Below are positions 1 through 7,328 of a DNA stretch of 26,642 nt, piece by piece. The stretch lies in IMG/VR virus record IMGVR_UViG_3300030372_004520, positions 1 through 26,642 of that record, one strand, 5' to 3'. The notes beneath the pieces were generated by a model that had not been told where the DNA came from, did not search any database, and worked only from the letters and a program-made list of their open reading frames with translations. This DNA is from a virus. Taxonomy: Duplodnaviria > Caudoviricetes. The position numbers and the translations under genes were made by a program. Positions within the stretch are counted from its first letter, which is position 1, and the number at the start of each line of letters is the position of its first letter.

Positions 1-89
1 GAGGAAAGTTTGTTAAACATATTAAACTAGATGATAAATCTTTAAAAATACTAACAGAAGGATGGATCATACATAAGGAGGATAAATAA
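1..89 (+). CDS. 3' end of a hypothetical protein (partial, runs off the window start)
   Basis: Open frame from nt 3 (GKFVKHIKLDDKSLKILTEGWIIHKEDK) to TAA 87-89, overlapping the next ATG (TAATG coupling). Confidence 0.6.
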   Translation, partial: GKFVKHIKLDDKSLKILTEGWIIHKEDK

Positions 90-187
90 TGGACTTTTTT
101 ATGAGTCTACCAAATTGGGCTATTTATTTAGGAATATTCTTAATAGGAGCAACAATATGGTATTTTATAGTTAAATGGTTATTTTAA
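89..187 (+). CDS. Small single-pass membrane protein (32 aa), not in the ORF track
   Basis: AAGGAGG at 75-81, ATG 89, TAA 185-187. MDFFMSLPNWAIYLGIFLIGATIWYFIVKWLF has one hydrophobic helix. Confidence 0.7.
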   Translation: MDFFMSLPNWAIYLGIFLIGATIWYFIVKWLF

Positions 188-224
188 TCTTATATAAGAC
201 TAACATGCGTTAAGGTTATTTAAA

Positions 225-369
225 TAGGGCTGTAGTGACAGGCGAGTGGTTTAGGTGGCAGTAATCAGTCTAGATGTCCACTAACGAGGGTCAATCAGCC
301 CTAAAGCTTGACTGGCATACTCAAGGCAGGACATTTTGAGCGTACGCGGTGCTAATGCGATGTATGCCA
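225..369 (+). ncRNA. Putative structured RNA / leader with two stem domains
   Basis: GC-richer than its surroundings. TAGGGCTG(225-232) pairs with CAGCCCTA(296-303), with inner AGTGG/CCACT and a GTAA loop. TGGCATAC(313-320) pairs with GTATGCCA(362-369), with inner CTCAA/TTGAG. Confidence 0.45.
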
Positions 370-385
370 AGAATTAGGAGGCAAT

Positions 386-550
386 ATGGCAAGAAAATAT
401 AAACCACGAAAGAAAAAACCAATGAGTGAGGCTAAAAAGAAAAGATTGCTTCATTATGTAGAGCATCATATGTCTAAAAAAGATAAAGGACGAAGAAAAG
501 AGCCTGCAATGGTTAAATATTGTGGTGTGGTAAAAAAAACAAGATTGTAG
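386..550 (+). CDS. Small highly basic protein (54 aa), not in the ORF track
   Basis: AGGAGG at 376-381, ATG 386, TAG 548-550. MARKYKPRKKKPMSEAKKKRLLHYVEHHMSKKDKGRRKEPAMVKYCGVVKKTRL. Confidence 0.7.
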   Translation: MARKYKPRKKKPMSEAKKKRLLHYVEHHMSKKDKGRRKEPAMVKYCGVVKKTRL

Positions 551-602
551 TTGTAGTACTACATTAACTAACGACAATAACAAACAAAGAAGGGAGTTTA
601 CA

Positions 603-830
603 ATGGCAAAAGTCAATGTATCCGCTTGGAATCAAAATAATGGTATTTTAGCTGAAAAAGAAGCTGAAACACCAGGGGAACTATTAACTGAATTCGGTCT
701 AAATCCTACAGAGGTAGCAGTAGAAGTTACAGACTCACAAGGGGAAGAACGAAGATACACCGCTGGTTTATCACTAAATGACGGCGATACAGTTATTATA
801 ATGAAATCTAAGAACAAATCAGGCAGATAA
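603..830 (+). CDS. Ubiquitin-like (beta-grasp, ThiS/MoaD-like) protein with C-terminal Gly masked by one Arg
   Basis: 75 aa with ThiS/MoaD-like pattern (T-x-x-ELL-x-x-FGL...VAVEV...LNDGDTVII) and tail KNKSGR. RBS AGGGAG 591-596. Lies directly upstream of E2, JAB and E1 genes. Confidence 0.8.
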   Translation: MAKVNVSAWNQNNGILAEKEAETPGELLTEFGLNPTEVAVEVTDSQGEERRYTAGLSLNDGDTVIIMKSKNKSGR

Positions 831-842
831 GTTCTTATAACT

Positions 843-928
843 TAAAAAGACGAGGTTCTAGAGATATACTAGAGACGGTTGGTGTTGAGCTAAGGTGACA
901 GGAGAATGTCCTGCGTGTAGTCTTTTTA
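843..928 (+). promoter_or_regulatory. Intergenic multi-stem RNA element between the Ubl and E2 genes (attenuator, processing or stability element?)
   Basis: TAAAAAGAC(843-851) pairs with GTCTTTTTA(920-928), enclosing TCTAG/CTAGA (857-873) and CAGGA/TCCTG (899-913) hairpins. Confidence 0.4.
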
Positions 929-952
929 TAAACTTACAGAAAGTGAGGTAAA

Positions 953-2443
953 ATGAAAGAATATTTATTAAATCTAATAGAACAATTGTGGGAAGCAGGC
1001 TATTTAGCAGAAGAAGACTATAATACTGCTAAAAATCAAGTAGATATACATGCTAATGTATTAGAAAAAAAGTATTCAATCGAAACAGGGATGACATATA
1101 GACAAATGCCTAATCCAGATAATAATGATGAAATAGAGCCTGTCTTATGTGAGCAACCTCTTGTAAAGTTTTCAAATGTTATATGCAAATTTAGGCCTCA
1201 CTTACATATGGGTGACTATTATTTGGACATAATCATAACATCTACAGATATTAAATATAAATACAGATATAAAGTAGACTATGATGAAGAAAATATAAGA
1301 TGGGACTATGCTAAACATCCTCATATGAGTAATGGACAACCTTGTCTTGGAACATTTGGAGCACAGCTTAATACTGCTATTAAAAGTTGTAACTTTTTAG
1401 GATTCTTTAATAATATGGCTAAATGGTTACAAAACTATACTGGTAGAGATACATATGTAGCTGGTTCTAGATTTAAAAAGAAACAAATAGTATATGCTTT
1501 AAATAACTATAGACATGTTATAGATACATTTGGTAATGGTGAAGCAGATGATTATGAAGGAAATCAAAATCTAGACATTACAGGAATATTAAAAGATGGT
1601 ACAAGATGGGGTTATCCTCAAGATATTCCAGCTTTAGGCACGATTCCTATACAAGGACAAGAACTATCTTTATTTAAAACATTATTAAATGTACACGATC
1701 AAAATGGTGGTCACAATGTAGCATTTAGTAGTAGTAATTTTTCCGATTTTACATATATGGGAACAAATAATGTATGGATAGATAGTGCTACTCATAATTA
1801 TGCTACATATAGAGATTATGATAATGATCCTGGTTGGAATATTAATAAAATAATGGGATACATATTCTTAGTTAACAAATTTGGTGATTATAATTTAATA
1901 CAATCTATTGAATTTGTAAGAATATTCTTATTAACACTATATTCTCAATACACAGGAAGCTTAACACCAGAAGCAATAAAACAGCTTAAAAGTATGTCTG
2001 ATAAATTGAACCAAGTTAGCAGCTATAATAATAATTATAGAGTAAACAATAGATACAGTGTTCAATTAAGTGAAGATATACAAAAGATAGCTCTTGATGC
2101 TAAGAAAACAATAGAATCTACAGCTGGTAGTAGCTCAAGTGAGAGATCATTTATGGGATCATTACTATTTGCAGGTGAGAAAATAGGTAATTTTATTACT
2201 TTAATATCTAAAGGTATACCACATAAAGCAAAAGCTAGTGCATATCTTACAAAGCTAGATATAATCACTGAAGGTAAAATAGAAGAATGTATAGATAGTT
2301 ATAATCAATTTGAGACCTTTATTTATAGAAAGGCTCTTGAGAAACTTAAAAAGGATGAAAGGAGGTTCATGCGTGAGCTCAACAAATCAAATAAAGTTAA
2401 CCATTTCACAGAGGATAATGGACAAGGTTCGTTATTTTCTTAA
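953..2443 (+). CDS. Prokaryotic E2-like (Ubl-conjugating) protein with a long C-terminal extension
   Basis: HPHMSNGQPCLG (Cys131, nt 1343-1345) matches the E2 HP[NH]-x(n)-CL active-site signature and is followed by amphipathic helices (FLGFFNNMAKWLQNY). RBS GAGG. Operon context supports the call. Confidence 0.72.
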   Translation: MKEYLLNLIEQLWEAGYLAEEDYNTAKNQVDIHANVLEKKYSIETGMTYRQMPNPDNNDEIEPVLCEQPLVKFSNVICKFRPHLHMGDYYLDIIITSTDIKYKYRYKVDYDEENIRWDYAKHPHMSNGQPCLGTFGAQLNTAIKSCNFLGFFNNMAKWLQNYTGRDTYVAGSRFKKKQIVYALNNYRHVIDTFGNGEADDYEGNQNLDITGILKDGTRWGYPQDIPALGTIPIQGQELSLFKTLLNVHDQNGGHNVAFSSSNFSDFTYMGTNNVWIDSATHNYATYRDYDNDPGWNINKIMGYIFLVNKFGDYNLIQSIEFVRIFLLTLYSQYTGSLTPEAIKQLKSMSDKLNQVSSYNNNYRVNNRYSVQLSEDIQKIALDAKKTIESTAGSSSSERSFMGSLLFAGEKIGNFITLISKGIPHKAKASAYLTKLDIITEGKIEECIDSYNQFETFIYRKALEKLKKDERRFMRELNKSNKVNHFTEDNGQGSLFS

Positions 2444-3269
2444 AAAATACCCGAATAGAGAATGGTCAGGCCCTGCTTGGTATTCTCAGAAGTTTAATGA
2501 AACTGGGTTTCCAACTGAAGTTAAATTAGAATATTTCCATGTACTAAATCTTGGATCGGCATCAGAAACAGATTGGGATGGAGCTGACTTAGCTAAAAGA
2601 TTTACAAAGTTAAGAAAGTTATATCCAAAAATAGGTACTAAATGGGTGCAAGGAAATGTTCATTCTCATCATACTATGGGAGCATTCTTTAGTGGAACAG
2701 ATAAAGAACAATTAGACGAAGGTGTAAACGAAGAGGGATTTTACTATTCATTAGTAGTATCAACTAAGCCAGGTAAAGAAATAGCATTTGGTTTTAGTTA
2801 TATGGACCAATTTAAAAATATACACAGAGAATATGTCAATAAATTTGATGTATCTGAGTATGTTAAGAAATGTCCTGACTGGGAAGAAGAAGTAAAATTC
2901 ATCGAGAAAGAATCTAAGAAAGCATCAGTAATAACAATAGGCAAAAGTAGAACCAAAAGTTATATTCATGGTGGACAAGGAACATTGTTTTATGAGACAC
3001 ATGATCCAACTGTAGGCCTTTTGCATGGTGAGCATGAAGAAGATTCTTATGAAGAATATTTAGACTTTGCTAGCTATAATGGATGGAGTAGAATGAATAT
3101 TCTAAACGAAGAAACCTTTGAAGCTGTTAAAGAGATAGAAGAAAAGTATAATAATACTAATATGAACGAAAGAAAGTTCAAGAAACTATTAAAAAAAGCA
3201 GGTTCTACACCAGAAAGGATGGCAACGCATTATGAGTACTCGATATTTGCGCAACCAAGATCTAATTGA
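2373..3269 (+). CDS. JAB/MPN+ zinc metallopeptidase (Ubl-processing / deconjugating)
   Basis: E(WSG)...HSHHTMGAFFSGTD (2661-2702) fits E-xn-HxH-x7-S-x2-D. Start revised from 2310 to GTG 2373, 7 nt after AGGAGG (2360-2365). Confidence 0.88.
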   Translation: MSSTNQIKLTISQRIMDKVRYFLKKYPNREWSGPAWYSQKFNETGFPTEVKLEYFHVLNLGSASETDWDGADLAKRFTKLRKLYPKIGTKWVQGNVHSHHTMGAFFSGTDKEQLDEGVNEEGFYYSLVVSTKPGKEIAFGFSYMDQFKNIHREYVNKFDVSEYVKKCPDWEEEVKFIEKESKKASVITIGKSRTKSYIHGGQGTLFYETHDPTVGLLHGEHEEDSYEEYLDFASYNGWSRMNILNEETFEAVKEIEEKYNNTNMNERKFKKLLKKAGSTPERMATHYEYSIFAQPRSN

Positions 3270-3912
3270 GCAAAGTAAATTAGACAAAATAACTGTAATA
3301 GGGGCTGGAGGTATTGGTTCAGCCCTTATACAAAATGCAGCTATAATGGGTTTTAAATATATAGAAGTTTGGGACGATGATATGTTAGAAGAACATAATT
3401 TATCTTCAACATCATGGTCAGAAGAATTTTTAAGTAAACCCAAAGTAACTGCGGCTTATCATACAGTTAGAAAATTAAATAAAAACTGCGATTTAAGGGC
3501 TAAAAATCTTAGATGGGAAAAAGGATACCCAATCGGAAGCAAAGTTTTCTTAACACCAGATAGCATGGAGTGTAGAAAGCTAGTATACGAAGAGTGGTTA
3601 AAAAACCCTGCAAGAGAATGGCTTATAGATATGAGAATGGGAGCATTGACTTATGAAATAATAACCGTAACCAGAGAGAACGATTATTTTATGGATTCAT
3701 ATGTTCCCAGCTCAGAAATAGCTGATGATCCGTGTACTGCTAAACATACTATCTTTTGTGGTAGTCTAGCAGCATCATTAGGTTTATCTCAAGCATTTAA
3801 TGTCTTGCAAGATAGGCCTTATTATGCGTATATTTGGGGGTCGTTAGGTCCTGTTTCATTAAGAAGACAACACTTTGTCCTTCCTAAGATTGAAACAAAA
3901 AAAGTCGCATAA
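3232..3912 (+). CDS. ThiF/MoeB-family E1-like activating enzyme
   Basis: N-terminal RYLRN, VIGAGGIGS nucleotide-binding loop, WDDDMLEEHNL, KPKV, PDSMECR, IDMRMG. Candidate catalytic Cys168 in DDPCTAK (3733-3735). No CxxC zinc pairs. Confidence 0.92.
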   Translation: MSTRYLRNQDLIEQSKLDKITVIGAGGIGSALIQNAAIMGFKYIEVWDDDMLEEHNLSSTSWSEEFLSKPKVTAAYHTVRKLNKNCDLRAKNLRWEKGYPIGSKVFLTPDSMECRKLVYEEWLKNPAREWLIDMRMGALTYEIITVTRENDYFMDSYVPSSEIADDPCTAKHTIFCGSLAASLGLSQAFNVLQDRPYYAYIWGSLGPVSLRRQHFVLPKIETKKVA

Positions 3913-4034
3913 AATTAGGCACGATGGTAGCTTAAGTACTGTTAAATAAATAAGCTAACGCGATCAAGAATATACAAGAATAAAGGGTGCGCATAAATAA
4001 ACCTTTACAAGAGATATTTGAGCCTAATAATTAT

Positions 4035-4064
4035 AATAGGGATTAGTTCACGCTAGTCCCTATT
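4035..4064 (+). terminator. Hairpin downstream of the Ubl operon (terminator or processing site)
   Basis: AATAGGGATTAG-TTCACG-CTAGTCCCTATT forms a 12-bp stem (one G-U). The downstream U-tract is weak. Confidence 0.55.
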
Positions 4065-4096
4065 TAATCTATTGATAATATGGAAAGGAGTAACCA

Positions 4097-4969
4097 TTGT
4101 TAGAAATCAATAAAATAGAAAACAAGTGGACCGATGAATTACCCGCTGGAATAACATGGTATTTTATAGGTCAACCAAAAAGTGGTAAAACCACACAAGC
4201 AGCATCATGGAGTAAAAAAGGTTCTGAAGGTGTATTAATTATAGATACAGATTTAGGAGCTGACTTTGTTGATGGTGCTAATGTAATTACTTGCTCATCT
4301 CTAAATGCTCCAACAAGAGTAAAAGAAAAAGATGGCATAAAAATCCTTAAAAATGGAAAAGAAGTTTTAGAAATAATTCCACCAATAGAGCGTGGATTTT
4401 ATTTTAGAAGTGGTCCAAACAGAGGAGAACCAATGCCTGCTTATTCTTTAGCAGAGATATTGCAAGACTTACAAAAAAACTGGGATAAATATCCCTATGA
4501 CACCATAGTAATCGATACTATTGATCAAGTTAACTCTTGGATAGAAGAAGTAGTTAAAGCTGACCAAGGTATAGAGAATATGGGAGATGGTAGCTGGGGC
4601 GCAGACTGGGCTGCAGCTAAAAAGAAAAATGCTGATATTGTTAAAAGATTACAAGATTTCCTTAAGAAAGTAGGAGGAAATTTAGTTTTATGTAGTCATG
4701 CAAAACAAACAGCAATGACAGATGATAAAGTTCAGCTGTCACCAAATCTACCTTCAGGTTTAGGTAGAGTGTTATGTGCCAAAGCAGATGTAATAGGATA
4801 TGCAACCATAGATAAAGAAAATGGAGACTATCTTATATCATTCCAGGGATATGACGAAAGAATGGTAGGTTCAAGACTAAAACCATTAGCACAAAAACTA
4901 TTACCATTCAGTTACACTAGTGTTATAAACGAAATAAAATCCTATAAAGAGGAGAAGGGAGCTAAATAA
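4097..4969 (+). CDS. Sak4-like / AAA_24 P-loop ATPase (probable single-strand annealing recombinase)
   Basis: Walker A GQPKSGKT, IIDTDLG, Walker B IVIDTID, GADW, LCSHAK, ADVIGY. TTG start with AAGGAG RBS. Followed by an SSB-like gene, as is typical for Sak4 modules. Confidence 0.8.
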   Translation: MLEINKIENKWTDELPAGITWYFIGQPKSGKTTQAASWSKKGSEGVLIIDTDLGADFVDGANVITCSSLNAPTRVKEKDGIKILKNGKEVLEIIPPIERGFYFRSGPNRGEPMPAYSLAEILQDLQKNWDKYPYDTIVIDTIDQVNSWIEEVVKADQGIENMGDGSWGADWAAAKKKNADIVKRLQDFLKKVGGNLVLCSHAKQTAMTDDKVQLSPNLPSGLGRVLCAKADVIGYATIDKENGDYLISFQGYDERMVGSRLKPLAQKLLPFSYTSVINEIKSYKEEKGAK

Positions 4970-5560
4970 ATGGCTTTAATGAGATCTCAAGTTAAAAGCG
5001 GTGGCGGAGATTGGACTGGTATTAAAACTGGAACAATAACAGCCGTAAGAGACGATTCAAGTAAGTTTCAATGGGCAGATGTATATCTAGCAATTGATTT
5101 TAAAGTTGAAGGTTCAGATTATCCAAGAACTATGAAAATAGCAGGATCTTGGGAAAAGAATCCAGACGGAACAATTCAAGATTGTACATTGCTTAAAAGA
5201 ATAACATTCTTCTTTGACGCTATCGGAGAGATGGGCGGAGTTAACCAACATGGTGAATGGGTTAATCACAAAGAAGAAAAAATAGATGATATTTGTAGTT
5301 ACATTATGAATAACTACAAAGATATGGCTTTAACTATCTTTATTTATAAAGAACAAGGTAAAGACGGTAAAGCTTACACAAGAGTTCATAATAAAGTACT
5401 TGCTGCTAAAAACGGGAGCGAGCAAGAACTTGAAAGTTACATTGCATTCTTAAGAAAGAAAGGTTATCTTAAGGAAGCCAGAGAAGAGAATGGTACTGCA
5501 AATAATGTAGGAGCAGACACTTCTTTTAATGTGGATGAACTAGATGTCGCAAATCTATAA
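4970..5560 (+). CDS. Putative phage single-stranded DNA-binding protein
   Basis: Position between Sak4-like ATPase and primase-helicase, beta-rich N-terminus and acidic tail (FNVDELDVANL). Call rests on context, not on a strong motif. Confidence 0.55.
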   Translation: MALMRSQVKSGGGDWTGIKTGTITAVRDDSSKFQWADVYLAIDFKVEGSDYPRTMKIAGSWEKNPDGTIQDCTLLKRITFFFDAIGEMGGVNQHGEWVNHKEEKIDDICSYIMNNYKDMALTIFIYKEQGKDGKAYTRVHNKVLAAKNGSEQELESYIAFLRKKGYLKEAREENGTANNVGADTSFNVDELDVANL

Positions 5561-7328
5561 TTATATAGAAGTTGCTATTGAGAGCCCTCGGAGACGGGGG
5601 CATCTCATTCCTAAAAATGAACTGTCAAAACACTTAAACAAAGAAGTGCCATTATATAGATCTATGTATCTTTATAGTATGGATGCAGTGGATTACGCAG
5701 ATTCAAAAGGAAATAGCTTGCGAGGCTATTATGGTGTTAGAGATATAGATAATATCTTGATTGATATAGATAAAGAAAAAAATACTGACCAACATACATT
5801 AAGTAAATGTCAAAGTATTTTATATCAATTAACTCAAGATTTAGAATTAAATGAAAATAATTTTAGAGTCTATTTCTCTGGAAGTGGTTATCATATAATG
5901 ATACCTAATAGTGTTTTTAAATTTCCAGCATCAGAAAAACTACCTTTTCAATTAAAAGAAACAATGATGAAAATGTTTCCTAGTATAGACTCAATGGTCT
6001 ATATGAGAACAGGAATATATAGAGTTGCTCATTCTTTAAATAAAAAATCAGGATTATACAAAATTCCTTTATCTTTTAAAGAAGCGATGACTAATACACC
6101 TGAAGAGATTCACGAACTAGCAAAAACACCTAGATATGAATTTCCTTATGAAGAGGTAACTGGTGATGGAGAATTAGAAGAATATATTGTTAAAGAAGTT
6201 AATATGTCAAGGCCAATGGGTAAAATATCCGAGCCCAATAAAGTTGCAACATGTGTACAAACAATGTTCAATATTGGACCACAAGAAGGATCTAGACATA
6301 AAACTTTATTAAGAATAGTATCTCACTTCAGAAGACACGGAGTACCATCAAGCGCAGCAAAAGCCGCATTAAAAGAGTGGAACAATGGAAGCTTAAATGA
6401 AGCAGAAATATGTGATCAGGTCGAATACTCTTATAATAAAGGATACAAATATGGATGCAATGATGAACTTATGCTTCAATATTGTAGTCCTAAATGTATT
6501 TATTATAAAAGAAAAGATTACTTAGTAGATGTTTTATCATCAACAGATTTACAAAAAGAGTTAAATGAAAGACTTACAGAAGACTTTACTGGCAGGTCTT
6601 ACAATCTAAGCAAAGCTTTTGGTATAGATAGAGAATGTATATTCTATCCAGGAGATTTAGTAACTATATTTGGTCCAACAGGTTCAAGCAAAACCACGTT
6701 AGCACATAATATAGCCTTAGGTTATGATCATTTAAATGATGTAATCAATCCAAAGCTCCAAATTCCTACTCTTTACCTTTCTTTAGAGTTAGCTGGTTGG
6801 TATATGCATAGAAGGTCTTTACAAATAGCAGGGAAGTTCACCAAAGATGTAGTTAGTAAAGACTATAATAAAATATATTCATCAGTATCAGACTTAGTAG
6901 GGCATATTAATGTTCAAACAGTCGCTCCTACACTAGAGCAAATACAAACTAAAATAACAGAGTTGCAACCAGCCATGGTTATAGTCGATTACATAGACCT
7001 AGTAGACACTCCACCTCATATAAGAGGAGAGTATGAACAGGTAAAATATATTTCACACGGACTATCTAATATGGCAGTTAATAACGATATAATTATTTTA
7101 CAAGTATCTCAAGTTAGTAGAGATTATAGTAGAAATGAAGTGCTTGATTTATATGCAGGTAAAGGTTCTGGGGCAATTGAAAACGCTTCAAGAAAAGTTA
7201 TAGGTATAAATGGACAAGCAAATTCTAAAGAAAAAGAAGTTAAATTGTTTAAAAATACTGATGGAGAGTTGTTCGATGTAAAATTAGAATGGACTCCATC
7301 ATTTAGGCTAAGGAGGGTAAATGAGTAA
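5544..7328 (+). CDS. AEP primase-polymerase fused to SF4 (DnaB-like) helicase
   Basis: AEP motifs ILIDID, YFSGSGYH, YRVAHSLNKKSGLYKIP. PriCT-like EGSRH...LKEWN and Cys cluster (YGC..C..C). Helicase GPTGSSKT, LSLE, VIVDYID, VSQVSR, KGSGAIE. Confidence 0.88.
   Translation: MSQIYNYIEVAIESPRRRGHLIPKNELSKHLNKEVPLYRSMYLYSMDAVDYADSKGNSLRGYYGVRDIDNILIDIDKEKNTDQHTLSKCQSILYQLTQDLELNENNFRVYFSGSGYHIMIPNSVFKFPASEKLPFQLKETMMKMFPSIDSMVYMRTGIYRVAHSLNKKSGLYKIPLSFKEAMTNTPEEIHELAKTPRYEFPYEEVTGDGELEEYIVKEVNMSRPMGKISEPNKVATCVQTMFNIGPQEGSRHKTLLRIVSHFRRHGVPSSAAKAALKEWNNGSLNEAEICDQVEYSYNKGYKYGCNDELMLQYCSPKCIYYKRKDYLVDVLSSTDLQKELNERLTEDFTGRSYNLSKAFGIDRECIFYPGDLVTIFGPTGSSKTTLAHNIALGYDHLNDVINPKLQIPTLYLSLELAGWYMHRRSLQIAGKFTKDVVSKDYNKIYSSVSDLVGHINVQTVAPTLEQIQTKITELQPAMVIVDYIDLVDTPPHIRGEYEQVKYISHGLSNMAVNNDIIILQVSQVSRDYSRNEVLDLYAGKGSGAIENASRKVIGINGQANSKEKEVKLFKNTDGELFDVKLEWTPSFRLRRVNE

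Noticed and set aside
374-817. Minus-strand ORFs 374-616 and 632-817
   Set aside because: Antisense shadows of + strand genes that have clear RBSs (386-550 and the Ubl).
2310-2372. ORF-track start of the JAB gene at TTG 2310
   Set aside because: No RBS there; GTG 2373 follows a perfect AGGAGG at good spacing.
603-3912. Interpreting ThiS-like + ThiF as thiamine/molybdopterin or tRNA-thiolation genes
   Set aside because: No ThiG, MoaE, desulfurase, rhodanese or PP-loop gene is nearby, an E2-like gene is present, and the Ubl lacks a terminal GG. Sulfur transfer is not fully excluded.
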